Positions 27,901 through 42,224 of a stretch of DNA of 64,000 nucleotides are shown here, piece by piece. The notes under the pieces were generated by a model. That model did no database searches, had not been told where the DNA came from, and saw nothing but the letters and a program-made list of their open reading frames with translations. The stretch is from Octopus vulgaris (Eukaryota), in NCBI GenBank assembly GCA_951406725.2, contig OX597817.1, positions 71,176,001 through 71,240,000 of the forward strand, given 5' to 3'. Every line of letters starts with the position of its first letter. Within the stretch, counting starts at the first letter, position 1. The position numbers were made by a program, and so were the translations under genes.

Positions 27901-29182
27901 GAGATATACTAGTAGGATCCGTGTAAATTCTTCGGAATGGAAAAAAACTAAGAGGATCTATTTAAGAAAGAAAGGATGACTTGCATTTTTATAATATTCA
28001 TAGTTTAGGTTTCTTTAAATATTCTTGATGTTTGTCTACATTCATTTCCTCACGTCTCCGTCGGTGTTGTTGTTTTCCTCTTTTTAGTATATCTTCTCGC
28101 TGTTCCTCTCTGATCCCTGCTTTACATCTGCGCATCCTTTCTCGGGCGGCTTGCAACCGTGTTTCTTGCGAATCCAGAGAGTAGGCTAAATAAATATCAA
28201 TTTTTAAAACCAGTAGACGATAAATAATTGCACTTATGCGAATGCAATGGTCGCTATAAAATACATTAGTTCAGTAAAAAAATAAAATACTTTTCTGTAT
28301 CAACACCCCACCACTGCTACCCGGCCCCTCTCTCTCTCTTTCTCTCTTTCTCAATGTAACTGCTCCCCTGTCTATCTCTATCTACCTTTCCTTTCAGTTA
28401 ACTTAATAATCGCGTAATAAGTATTCCTTCCCCACCTCACCGCACGTTCCCAGCACTTCTCTCTTCCTCTTTTTCTCTCGTTCTTCGCCTCTACCTTCAG
28501 CTGACCATTTAGCTTAAATGTGTTAATATTAATTACCTTTCTCTACTTCTTCCTCTCTCCTTTCTTGAATCCTCCCTCTCTCTCACTTTTACTCCAACTT
28601 TCAATCCCCCCCACCTCACTAACTAACTAACCAACCAGTGTATAGCGGGCGAACGAACAAGCAGATTATTATATATTTTGCACATCAAGCTATTACATTT
28701 AATTTGTGTATCCGCATAATTGCATATATAAACACGTGTATGTGTATCTGGATGTACATGAGGAATATATACCCGAAAATATAAATGTGTTTGTCTGGAG
28801 CATATCGAGAGAAAGACCAATGGAATTTGAAGACTAATTCTAATAATATCGTTTTATTTCAGAGGAAGAATGTGCAAGAGTTAGAGTGAGAGAAAGAGAG
28901 AGGCAGGGTGGGAGAAGCACGCAAGAGCTATCGGTTAGTCGCTTGTTGTGTTGTATTATGTGGGTACGGAAAGATCAACACGAACTATTAATTAAAAATA
29001 TGTTGTATTACTTTTATCTGTTAATATATTAATGATCTGAACTTTGTAAACTGATCTACAATTCTCAAGTGTTGACAGAATATAAATATTTATTGAGACA
29101 TTTTTAATAAAAATGTATTGGCACATTTTAAATATATGCCTGCCGGCATGGCTAGCTGGTTAGGAAGTTCACTTAGCATCTA

Positions 29183-29835
29183 TTAGGTTGTCAAGAAAGT
29201 TCTTGCGGTTTTTAACCTTTAAATTCAGATGCACGTATCTCGGCTCAAACAAAACTTTATTAATCGAAATAAGCACCATCAGAATCAACACACTTTTGCC
29301 AAAGCGAAACAAGTTTATTTATACCAGTAGCGTAAAAATCCTGCGTTCTGGTGGCGATGAAGTCGTTGAAGGCGTGTTTGGCATCGTCTTGGTTTTTGAA
29401 GCATTTCTCACGCAGCAAGTTGTCAAGATGCTTGAAAAAGTAGTGGTCGGTAGGCGAGAAGCGTAGTGAGTATGGCGGATGAGGCAGAGTTTTGTAGCCC
29501 AATTCGTTCAACTTCTGCAGGGTCATATGTGCGACATTCGGCTGAGCGTTGTCGTGGAGAAGAATTGGTCCTTTTCTATTGACCAATGCAGGCTGTTGTC
29601 GAAGTTTCTTATGCATTTCATCCATTTGCTGACAGTACTTCTCCGCCGTAATGGTTTCACCTGAATCAAAAGAGCTGTTATGGATGAGACCGGCCGCAGA
29701 CCACCAAACAGTCACCATGACCTTCTTTTGGTGCAACTTTAGCTTTGGTAAATGCTGTGGAGCTTCGTCGGCGTCCAACCACTGAGCTGAGCGTCGTCGG
29801 TTGTCGTAAAGAATCCACTTTTCATCGCAAGTCAC
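29183..29835 (-). mobile_element. mariner (DD34D) transposon 3' half with one TIR; 5' part missing next to a SINE
   Basis: TCDEKWILYDN..VMVTVWWS..LLHDNA..HPPYS..SPTDHYFF..WQKCVDSDGAYFD*; TIR ta|ttaggttgtcaagaaagttcttgcggttttt. Confidence 0.9.
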
Positions 29836-29839
29836 ACTC

Positions 29840-30110
29840 CGGTCTCTTTTGCCGAACCACTCAGTCACGGAGACGTAAACACGCCAACACTGGTTGTCAA
29901 GCGATGGAGGACAAACACAGACACAAAGACACACACACATAGATATATGCATATACATATATACGATGGTTTCAGCTTCCTTCTACCAAGTCCATTCATA
30001 AGGCCCGAGGCAATAGTAGAAGGCATATGCTCAAAATACCACACAGTGGGACTGAACCCGGAACCATGTAGTTGGGAAGTAAGCTTCTTACCACACAGTC
30101 ACGCCTGCGC
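29840..30110 (-). mobile_element. SINE family B
   Basis: cggtctcttttgccgaacc..ggttgtcaagcgat..gggactgaacccggaaccatg..cttaccacacag. Confidence 0.8.
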
Positions 30111-30172
<62 letters not shown>

Positions 30173-30177
30173 ATGCG

Positions 30178-30215
<38 letters not shown>

Positions 30216-30535
30216 TGTCTTCATATTACTTGACAACCAGTGTTAGTTTATTTGCGCCTCGTATTTGTCGGTTCGGCAAAGAGGTCCTTATATAATAAGT
30301 ACTAGATTTTATCGAATAAATACTGGAGTCGATTTGTTCGACTAAACCCGTCTAAGAGGTATTCCACCATTGCTGTAATCCATTGAGTTAAACACGTAAA
30401 AGAAATAAAAGGTTAACTAGTCTAGTGGAATTTTCCTTGATTTTACTGTGACATTGAAATCTGCAGGATAGCAGGTCCCCACCTCAACCGCAGGCGGAAT
30501 TATCCGTTGTAAATAATACAATACTTATTTCTAGG

Positions 30536-30570
<35 letters not shown>

Positions 30571-30583
30571 TTACTACTACTAG

Positions 30584-30641
<58 letters not shown>

Positions 30642-30663
30642 ACTACTACTACTACTACTACTA

Positions 30664-30709
<46 letters not shown>

Positions 30710-32758
30710 ATAATAATAATAATAATAATAATAATTATAATAATAATGCTGCTGCTGTAAGATCTTGGTCAGACTCCGTGGTCATTGCAGCCGTCAGAAC
30801 ACCATAGTTTGCTTTACAGATATAACGGATCTAGGCCTACCCTATCTATGTAGGACATGACTTGAGAGAGACTTACAGAATCCTCAAACCGAATGATGTA
30901 ACCGATACTCTGCAGCACTGGTAACCTTAAGAGGCGAAACCATATCATAATTGCTCAGTTTTCTGCTCTAAATATTAGTACTATATTTTTATTTACGGTC
31001 TAATGCAATCACTTTGTGACTGTGTTGTCGTTGTTATTGTTGTAGTCGTCGTTGTCGTTGACATCGTTGTATATTATTTTTATTCATAATTTCCTCTCCC
31101 AAGACAATATCTAGTTTGCATTGCTGGCATTTGATGGAATTTGTAATAGGAAACTTCTGATATTATTTGCCTTCAATTTTTTGTTTATAGTAGTTATCTG
31201 AATGCCGGCATTTGATGGAAGTTTTAATAGAAATGCTCTGATAATATTATTTGCCATTAGATGAGTTGATACATAGTAAGTTAGCAATATTTTTGTGTAT
31301 ATCTGCCACGTGAATTCCTTCCAAACCATGACATAGTGTTTATTATCCTTTCCACTTCATACGTACATTATTGTTTTCATTTTGTTCCTCCATTTTGCAA
31401 CCATATTAACTGGAGTGCTACTTTAGTATGTATCTCTCAGTTAGATTACACATATGTCTGACAAAACTACATTAGAGGGAAAAAATGTTTATGAAAAAAC
31501 ATATTACAAAGCTTTGTCAAATTTCTCGCTAATTTGGTTGTTTTTTTTACTTTTTACTTTTTTTCTTTTCTGCTTAACGATAAGTAACCCCATGTTCTTT
31601 ATTTTCGCAATTTTGTGGTTGGCAGAACTGATCGCAATATAATTACAGAAAAATCTAAGAAAACCATGTCACATTATGATTAAAACGTTAAACAAACTAT
31701 CCCCACAAAAAATCTAAATACTAAAAGTAGCATTAACACAAAACTTACATATAAATCCTGTGTAGCAAAATGATATTTGACATTCGTCATCAAACCTAGA
31801 GAATAGCAGGCGCCGGCTGTCATTGCTGATACGAATCGTTGCCATTACTGTTAATACTGTCAACAATGTTAGAATTGCTAGCAACCTTTCTGCCATTGCT
31901 GTCATCACTGATACAATCATAAGCTGAATTACCGCCTCTTTCTGAACGATAAGTTGTGTACATGCACAAGATGACGCACAATATGACGCATCACTTGATG
32001 CCAAGGAACCGTTAAGAATGCAAATAAATGCTGAAGATTAACGAGATTCAGCTATCTGTTGAGGTTTCTGCAATTGGCTTTTTTTATTATTGATGATCGC
32101 CTTGGAATGGGGATTTTTTAATTATGAAATATTGAGCTTCAAAAGCCTTCATAAAACCATATCTAATAGGATAAATTATGTTTCACAGCGACGAAGAAAA
32201 TCTTAACAGACGTACTATTACAAATAAGAAAAGTTGAATATATACAAGTTATGCTAAAAATGAATTCTAATCGTAGAAATATTTGTCAGCTTGCTTCAAA
32301 CTTCGAGACATGTAAGAAAATTTGATGAAAAAGAAAAACATTGGGGGGTTAGTTGCTCCGAGTTGTTAGGGCGTCGCAGAGAATGCTTCGCGGTATTCGC
32401 TTCGACTCTCTAAGTTGAAACCCCACCAAGGCCAATTTTGACCTTCAACATTTTGTAGTTGATAAAAAAAAGTACCAATCCAAAGCGGTGAATTGGTGGA
32501 ACTGTCTGAAGGCGGGGCTGGTGCTTTGCAAAATTCATTCCGGTTCTTTCCGAGTTCAAATTCTACCATGGCCTACTTGGGTGATATACATAATGTCACT
32601 CGGTTTAGCAGCATGCCTGGGTACCTTTAGTGGTGTCAATTCTGTTGTTAAGCATTCAGACCAGGTCTCCGGTTTGAAGATACCTTCCCACATCTCTTTC
32701 CCACCAATCTCTGGAGCCTTGTAAATGGTCATGGGCATAGCGGATAATCCTGACTAAA

Positions 32759-32844
<86 letters not shown>

Positions 32845-35079
32845 GTCTGTTTGTCTACCTATCTATCTACCTATCTATCTATATGTGTGTGTGATCGTGT
32901 GTCTGGGTAGGTGGGTTTGTGTGTGTGAGTGAGTGAGCCGCGAATGGGTAAAATCAAGTTACTTTGAAAATACAACTTTCAGCATACTCGTTCGTTCTTT
33001 AGCTCTATAAAGAATTAAATCAAAACAGCCTATAGCACATACGCACATGTATTTAAGAATTTGTGTTATATGTTGTTAAATAATTTGACTTTGTTAACTA
33101 CATCAGATATAGTTTGAAGAATTTTTCTTTGAGCAAAGACATCTTACACAAAATATCATACCACTTAAATATCTCATTATAGTGAATTCATTATCTAATA
33201 CCTGTATCTCTATGGCTCATCAAGAAAAGCTCTTACAAATAATTGTCAACAGATCTCCAGTAATATGAAAAGAATTCATTCTAAGAGTCCTTATAATACA
33301 TGGTCCTTTCTGCAGCCTGTTTCAAACTTTGTTTTACCACAATCGTATATACCTAGAAGATTCCTAACTGAAGATTACTGATTGCTTCAAATATTTAGTT
33401 ACCATAGTAACATTCTTTATAAAAGGATTGTCGACATATATCCAAAAGACTGGGTAAATCTGGAGGAGAAATTTTATAGGAAAAGGTGTACTCAGTTTGC
33501 TAAATTGAAAATGCATGCATCCATGATTAACACATTTCTACAATACAATATTTGAAGTACAACAACAAAAAGAAGACAAGTATATACTAACAGCTTCAAA
33601 TAGGTTTCCTGTGGTAAAACTTGTGGCTATATGAATAGGAATTTGTCGATAATCATCAAGTATCCAACAGTTATATAAAATTTGAAACCAAAATTCTGTA
33701 TACTGCATTCTTGTGGTATTTTGCCAATCTCTTCTTCAAAGATTACAGAATTCATTTTTCGACATTATATTGGAAACAGCTTAGTAGACATTACATCGCA
33801 CATCAGCCAAGGAAGATGCACAAAAAGAAATCAAATTAAGGGAGCATAACTAGAAATCTCAGTAACCTGAAACAAATATCAGGTCTGATTTACTTCGACA
33901 AATAAGTCTCTCCAAAACTCCAAAGTTGAGTAACGATTTCATGCTTGGATTTGTAAGCTACGATAAGAATAACACTGGTCGACAAAAAATTTGCTCCAAG
34001 GAAAAGAATACCTGCATCTTATATATTTTTGCATGCAGAATTCAATAATAATATCAAATTATCTGTATTACCCACAGGTTCTCTGTTCCACGACATACCT
34101 CTCAGTTCCTGTTACGTGGACTAAATTTTAGTTAAGCTGTTGAAATGTGAAGATAACGGTTTAAGAAATACTCCTAATTAAAATTTTTTATGAATAGAAT
34201 TTACCTAATGAAATCATAAATCCAGCTATCTGAGTCAATGAGTCCCCAAAATATATGAAATTAAAAAATATGTAAAAATACTTACACGCAGAAAAAGCAC
34301 AGAACATTCTAACACACAGAAGCACAGAAAAATATGTAATATACTAACACATAGAAAAATTAAAACAAAACACGCAGGCGAAAAGAATCTCGTGGCATGA
34401 AGAATCAAGTGTGAAAAATCAACATAGACAACAATGGCACAGAAAACAGTGAATCACAACACAGCATGTGGTTGTCATGGTAACAAGCTGCTAATACCAT
34501 GCTGTCTGTTGATTGGGTAAAATTACCCAAATTTCCCAACTTTAATTCCAAATATAACATCGGATTCTTTAATTTACGAGATAAAGTAATTGGTTAATCG
34601 TAATCAAGATTCAGAGTTGCATCGATACACCAAAATTGAAAGCAATCTGAGCAAAATTTTGCGAATGAGAAAGACTAGATCCGACTGATGAAAAAAGAAT
34701 AATGCTCAACAATAATGAGGATATAATATATGGTTGTCAATGAACGACATTTGAGAACAACAGTGATAGAATTCTTTCCATTGTGCATCAATGATGATTT
34801 TGCAAAGGCATTACTTTATGCCAAAGTACCCATATATGCCACTTGAAGCTGTAGTAACAAAGATGAAATAATTTGACTTTGTTATCTATATCAGATATAG
34901 TTTGAAGAATCTTTCTTTGAACAAAGACATCTGAACTGTATTATTTAAGAATGTTATTACATGAAGTTCGAAATAGTATTTTTCCTTTCCTGTCGTGCGT
35001 TGACATTTTCAGCCTGGAGTGGTTGTAACCTAACAGGTCATGTCAGGCACATCTAGTGTATACGTATATATATATATAT

Positions 35080-35310
35080 ATGTGTGTATGTACGTCTTTG
35101 TGTCTGTGTTTTTCCCCCGACCATCGCTTGACCCCCGATGTTGGTGTGTTTATGTTCCCGTAACCTAGCGGTTTCGGCAAAAGAGACCGATAAAATAAGT
35201 AGTAGGTTTACAAAGAACAAGTCATGGGGTCGATTTCTTCCATTAAAACCCTTTAATGTGGTACTCCAGCATGGCCGTGGTCAAATGACAGAAATACGTA
35301 AAAGAATAAC
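35080..35310 (+). mobile_element. SINE family B 3' half
   Basis: catcgcttgac..gtaacctagcgg..gagaccgata..ccagcatggcc..gtcaaatgac. Confidence 0.75.
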
Positions 35311-36766
35311 AGAACATATATAAATGCATGCATGTATGTATGTATGTATGTATGTATGTATGTATGTATGTATGTATGTATGTATGTATGTATGTATGTA
35401 TGTATGTATGTATTTATGTATTAGAATATTTTACGTAATCCTAGGGAGATATCAGAGTTAAAGTGTTGATAGGCGATCTGCTGTTGTTTAATGATTTGTA
35501 AGTAAAGCCAGAGCCTAATGTATAGAGCCATTTATTGAGCGACTGACCATCTGACATCAAACTGAAGCTGAATGTTAATCGGCTTCAGCATTTGATGTGA
35601 CTCTACCTATTATTGCTTCTTTCATTCATGTTATTATGGCTATAATTGCGCGTTAATATTATTGCTCTGCTTACTGTTCAACACTGGTATTCTCTCGTTA
35701 TCATATTTGCCCACATTTTATGTTGCTACTTCAACTGAGCATAGCAAGATATTTATGAATCTCTTGCGTGTATGTATGTATGTATGTATGTATGTATGTA
35801 TGTATGTATGTATGTATGTATGTATGTATGTATGTATGTATGTATGTATGTATGCATGCCAAGTGAGTTATGTCAGGCCTAGTATATGTCTACTACTGGC
35901 ACCATGTTAAACAGTACTACCTGCCACATGACTCTGCAGTGCCGATAACTAAATCGACAGTTCTACATGGATATGTTTTTCGAAAAGGAGACGGATGCGT
36001 GCACACCCAGCAGAACAAAAAGCAGAATCGTTCAAAAAGGCGGAGAAGTCCCTGGTGGACCTACCACCAATCACTGCAACTGACTCCACCGCCAGTTATT
36101 AATAGCGTCTTGCCACTGGGTACAGAAGGGCTAAGACTGTTGTTTCTGAGGTGGGTTCTTTACTGTACTTTAACCAAGCTGTGGTGGATTATTACGGGTA
36201 GGTCTAGCTTGTGTTTTTGCAGTTTGAACTGAGGGGTTCACACCTTCCTTTCTGACTATAAGATAAAAAAATATAAAGACGTTCACATAAACCTACACAT
36301 GTGTACATATACTGGCATACATCCACTATGTGTACATATGATAACTCATTCAGACATGCATGTAACTAGTTATAAAATAAAACAATCAGTAATACCACTT
36401 CTAGAAAATAAAAACTGACAAGTTTTATAGACAACAGCGAACAAAGAATGAATTAGTAAATGAAACTACAATAACTGTAGACAACCTCTTAATGTTTGAA
36501 AACAGTGAATGTTAACGGTAGCCGTTAACAGGAAAATGAACCTCACTTAATGCATATAATATTAGTCTAAATACCGATAGAAGATAGTTACTGCTTAAAG
36601 AGGGCGCTGGCGTGATATCCCAATCATAAGAAAAAGTGTTCAGTATAAATAAGCTATATACTGTACACTATTTGTCGAAAACACATTCCCCCTTTCATTA
36701 ACATACACTGACATTTGAATGTATACCTGCATAATACACACGCACCAGCGCACCCACACACATACG

Positions 36767-36797
<31 letters not shown>

Positions 36798-37129
36798 ACA
36801 CACACACATATATATATACTTATTTACATAGATACATATACATGCATGCTCATAAATATATATACAATTTTTTTCTGTTGTCTACATTTTTATATAATAT
36901 CAATTCATCTGTTGTTACTTATACTAATTCCAGAACACTTCTCTACTGACCATATATACAGTAAGTTATTCAATATGAATTTCCCGAAAGTGAGCTACAT
37001 CTGCACAATAAATTTAAAATACACTATTCGAATAACGTACCTAGAAACCACAACCGAATACGGATTTAAATGCAACGGATTAAAGCCTAATTGTTAAGTG
37101 GAAGAAATGAAATATTATCTGGCATTGGC

Positions 37130-37446
37130 ACTTCATCGCTTACAACGAAGGTTTAAGATACATCGATCAACGGTACAGCCTGCTCGTAAAATTAACGTGC
37201 ATGTGATTGAGCACTCCACAGATACGCATACCCTTAACGTAGTTCGCAGTGTGATTCAGGGTAACACCAAATGTGACAAGGCTGGCCTTTCGAATTACAG
37301 GTGCTGCTCACTTTTGGCAGCAAAGTTAACTAGAACAACGTGAAATGGAATGTCTTGCTCAAGGATACAACGCGCTGCCGAGAATCGAACTCGTGGCCTT
37401 ATAATCGTGAGCCGAATACCTTAACTACTAAGCTACGCGCCTTCAC
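37130..37446 (-). mobile_element. SINE family C (tRNA-derived)
   Basis: Minus-strand head gtgaaggcgcgtagcttagtagttaagg..gagttcgattctcggc, then ccttgagcaagac; related fragments at 13672 and ~57690-57790. Confidence 0.7.
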
Positions 37447-38283
37447 TTCCGAGACACAGGAAAGAATTTATTTCTTAAAAACTGTAAAAACTGTAAACAA
37501 GTTTAAAATCCGATGGAGTTACGGCATGAAAATAAATAGTGGAATCACACCAATGTCAACATAAATAGAGCAATAAAATGAATTAACGTAAGGGAAAGAA
37601 CTAAAATTTATGTATATCAAATACAAAATAATATTTTTGAAATGAACGGAATGACATTTGAAATTTATGACGTACTCTACAAGCTGAAATAAAGTAAACA
37701 CTGGAACGACCATTAGAAAGCGTTAAACTAATAAATTAAACAAGATATGACTTAATCGGTAAAATAATGCCGAACCAGCTAGTGAAAATGATAAAGGAAT
37801 ATACGACTCTAGTAAGATATTATTCAGCAAAATAGGACAAGGCAGCGTAATTGATAAATGAAAGCAAGACAATTTCTGAATTTGTATATGAAAAGCGAAA
37901 TATAGATAAAACGTTTTAGACAAAGTATTATTACAAAATCGACAATCAAACAAAGAGCATCCTCTTAATTGGTCATTGAAAGTAATATGTAAAGCAGATA
38001 TTGCTTAATTAAGAACGAGCTGTAAAAAGGATAAATATGCAAATGTAACTATCCACTACGGTGATAGTTTTCAAGATTGTTTTATTTCATATTTGAGTAC
38101 TCTATGTTGCTGATTATGGAAGGAAAACGGATACGTAGTCCGTGAGGAGCGCTCAACAAACTTGAAACGGTGTGTCAATAGAATCACACTTCTCGGATAT
38201 CAATAGCATATTTATTTTTATTGCACTCAGTGTAATATCTATATGTATGTATATATGCATGTATGCATTTATGTACACTTGTA

Positions 38284-38327
<44 letters not shown>

Positions 38328-38924
38328 AATATATGCATGTACATATGTGTGTATAAATGTATGTACTGAGCGTAAGCTGTATACATGTGTATATTTAACC
38401 ACAGTATCTGTTTGTAGAAAGCTTTTGAATTCGATTCGACTGCTTACCCTTGACATTATACTCACCTTCTTTATACGCCTTTACATATGCCTTTACAGTG
38501 CATACAACTTCTTCAATATATAAACCTCACATTTACTTTATAAGAGCTTAAGATTAGAAAGTTTACTTCTAAACACATCTTTCTTTGGGAATTAATCCGC
38601 GCTGTGCTTTTAACAGGAACTAATCTAAGATATGCCTTTACCAGGAATTAATATACGATACGTCTTTGCCAATACTCTTTTGAAATTTCTCTTCCAAGGA
38701 ATACTTCAGAAGTCTTCCTTGCTCTATCCTCGATACCACTATGGACATTTCTTTGAAAGGGACAATCGTCTTTTGTGCATGTTTCTACGATCATTCTTTA
38801 TCCCCATTTCCAAGTTCTATAAAAGTTCAGCACCGTTCTTTACCAACAGTCATGGTTGATTAATGAAAGAACACGTAACTGAATAATCGCTAATTACAAT
38901 ATCAGCTTAATTAGATTTTTACCC

Positions 38925-39035
<111 letters not shown>

Positions 39036-39114
39036 ATATATATATGTATATTCATATATGTTTATATCAGAGAAGAAGTGAAATCTTATATCATCATCAT
39101 CATTATTATTATTA

Positions 39115-39327
39115 AGGCGGTGAGCTGGCAGAATCGTTAGTACACCGGGCGAAATGCTTAGCGATATTTCGTCTGCCGTTAAGTTTTGAGTTCAAATTCT
39201 GCCGAAGTCGATTTTGTCTTTCATCCTTTCGGGGTCGATTAAATAAGTACCAGTTACGCACTGGGGTCGATGCAATCGACTTAATCTCTTCCCTCAAATT
39301 TGAGGCCTTATTCTTCCAGTAGAAATT
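39115..39327 (+). mobile_element. SINE family A
   Basis: aggcggtgagctggcagaatcg..gtaccagttacgcactggggtcgat.., followed by a trinucleotide tail. Confidence 0.85.
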
Positions 39328-39375
39328 ATCATCATCATCATCATCATCATTATTATTACTATTATTATTATAATT

Positions 39376-39406
<31 letters not shown>

Positions 39407-39484
39407 TCATCGTCGTCGTCGTCGTCGTCGTCATCATCATCATCATCGTCGTTGTCGTCGTCATTATTATTATTATTGTTATCT

Positions 39485-40015
39485 TTTTTTTCTTCTTTCA
39501 AATTTGCTTCCATTTATTGCCGAGTGTCTTCCCGACTCCTAGGGCAAAGAAACTCATAGTATACATTGGTAGGCCATTAAACTAAACTCACTAGTTCGTT
39601 CATTTTTTTTAAAGTTAAATTAAAATACATGGGTAGTAATAGTTCTCACATCGACAATGCTCTTCTCAATACGTGTGATGTACCAGTTAAGACAATCTTT
39701 TGCACTTCTTGCAGGGATGGTAAGCCAGGGATCATTCTCATATAATTTTCGGTTCCCTTCTTGATCATTCCTGGTGCTCCAACGATCACTGGTATTGTAA
39801 CCGCCTTGAGATGCCACATTTTCTCAATTTCAATGAGCGGGTCTTTATATTTTCTGAGCTTGTCAAACTCTTTCGCCGAGATATTATGATCACAGGGGAT
39901 GCTCATGTCGATCAATAAGCAAACTTTATTGTTTTGGTCTTTCACAACAATATCCAGTTTATTGGCTTTGATGGTTCGGTCTGTATGTACTGGGAAGTCC
40001 CACAGAATCGTTACA

Positions 40016-40018
<3 letters not shown>
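39485..40018 (-). mobile_element. R4/Dong-like element, extreme 3' end (RLE domain)
   Basis: VTILWDFPVHTDRTIKANKLDIVVKD..LIDMSIP..KLRKYKD..GTSHVLRRALSM*; (TAA)n at its 5' junction. Confidence 0.85.
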
Positions 40019-40096
<78 letters not shown>

Positions 40097-40097
<1 letters not shown>

Positions 40098-40696
40098 TCC
40101 TCATGTCAGTTCCAACGACATATTTCGCCAAAACTAGTTGTTAGCGCTCCGAGTACCTCCTACAGGTACTCGGATAACAGTTACTCTCCTCATTGCCCAC
40201 ATTCTATCAATTTCATCTTTTTAGTAGTCTGTATTTCTCCATCTTTTCCATGTATTTTTCATCTACGCGTGCATCCTCCGGTATGGCCCTATCTATGATC
40301 TACGTTTCCTTTTTCTTTTCTCGACCACAACAACGTCTGGTTTCCGAGCATCGATTAGGGAGTCACACTGGGTTGTAAAATCTCACAGGATCTTATATTC
40401 ATTGTTCTCAGTGACGTCCTTTGGTTCATGTTTGTACCATTTCCGTGCTGTGCCCAGACCGTACTTTTCACACAGTCTCCAGTGAATAAACTTACCTATG
40501 CTATCATGCCTTCTTCTGTAATGTTTTTGGGTCAGCTTGCCACACTCACTGACAATATATGAGACTGTTCCGATTTTGCTGTCACACATCCAACAAAGGG
40601 GCAATTCAACTGATCTTATCTGTTTGAACTTGATGTAGTTAGTTCTCAGAGCTTGTTCCTGAGCGCTACATACCAGTGCCTCAGTGCATCCTTTCA
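40097..40696 (-). mobile_element. R4/Dong-like element 3' fragment (different subfamily)
   Basis: EALVCSAQEQALRTNYIK..CWMCDSKIGTVSYIVSEC..RRHDSIGKFIHW..ENNEYKIL; 3' end abuts the (TAA)n tract 40018-40096. Confidence 0.8.
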
Positions 40697-41470
40697 GAAT
40701 TTCGATGCATTTCGCAACGGTTTCAACGGCTCATCAACAAGAATTATCCTGTCTATTATACAAAAGAACAATGGCTTGCAGCTACTTACATAATCATAAT
40801 TCACTTGTATAATCGTTGATGATACCGAAACAACCTCTGAGTGTGTATAAATTGTAAATAAATAAGTTTAGAAGCGTACGTTTTTAATAAATTTAGATTC
40901 AACCTTGCCGCCTAGAATAGACCTTATGGTAAAATGGCGTTGTTCTCCCTTTAGTATTAACCAAATAACGACAAGACTGGTTTCCCGTGACTTATTTTTG
41001 ACTTATCAGAAGTTGGACTTAAAAAGAAATGAACGCTACCAATAAGCAGGCATAACCAAGTGAAAAACACATCGACCTCCCCCCCCCCCACACACAAAGA
41101 TAACAAATATATTTGTAACTATCTACACACAGACACACATGCACGTTTGTATTTATTCACATACGTACGTGAACATATTTTTACACAGGATGATATAAAG
41201 ATACTGAAAAAAAAACAAAAAAACAAAAATAGAACGCTATAAGATAGAGAGATAGGTTTGATAGATCAATGAATGAATCGATGAATCAATGGGTGGCCGT
41301 TTCAATGGTTAGCTCGATGGCTGAAAACTAGATAGATTGGAAATTGGGATGGAACTGATTGACTGAATTGATAGTCAGACAAATATAATAAAAGACAAAT
41401 ATACAGACGAGTGTGTGTGTGTGAGAGAGAAAGAAAGAGAGAGAGAGACGTAGAGAAAGAGAGAGAAGGC

Positions 41471-41504
<34 letters not shown>

Positions 41505-42011
41505 GAAAATAAGAATTCAGTCGGTGGACCTTTGTAGAAACTGTTCAGTGAGTGAGATAAGTAAGGCATTGATTGCTTTAGAGTTTCTGGTCTTTCTATC
41601 ATTATTCTTACGCATCTTTGACTAAAAGTCTCACAACAGTTCTAGCAAACACATAGGGTCGAACACACCTACACCTACATACATGTATACGCACATACAC
41701 ATACACATACAACGTGAGATGCCTACAGATATACATAAATGCGCAGGTAGTCATAGACAGGGAACATACAGATGCAGTATAGTTAAACTTTACCATTTCT
41801 ACACATGATATGGTACTTTTAAACAAATATGCGTATATATGTATGCTTGCATGCACTTGTGCACACACTCACATATATATACATTTATGTGTGTGTGTGC
41901 GCGCGTGTGTGTATGTATAGATACATTTATGCTTCAAGCAACACAAACATACAATTATGCACACATTTTTATCTATTTATTTATCGGTCCAACAATATAC
42001 GTATACTATAT

Positions 42012-42224
42012 ATTTCTTTATTGCCCACAAGGGGCTAAACATAGAGGGGACAAACAAGGACAGACAAACGGATTAAGTCGATTACATCGACCCCAGTGCG
42101 AAACTGGTACTTTATTTATCGACCCCGAAAGGATGAAAGGCAAAGTCGACCTCAGCGGAATTTGAACTCAGAACGTAGCGGCAGACGAAATACCGCTAAT
42201 CATTTCGCCCGGTGTGCTAACGTT
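42012..42224 (-). mobile_element. SINE family A with TSD
   Basis: Reverse copy; TSD tactatat (42004-42011, 42225-42232). Confidence 0.85.

Noticed and set aside
29836-29958. N-terminus of the 232-aa ORF as a novel transposase fusion
   Set aside because: Chance read-through from adjacent SINE and microsatellite sequence.
31714-32004. 96-aa minus-strand ORF as a host exon
   Set aside because: No recognisable motif and no convincing splice pair; low-complexity composition.
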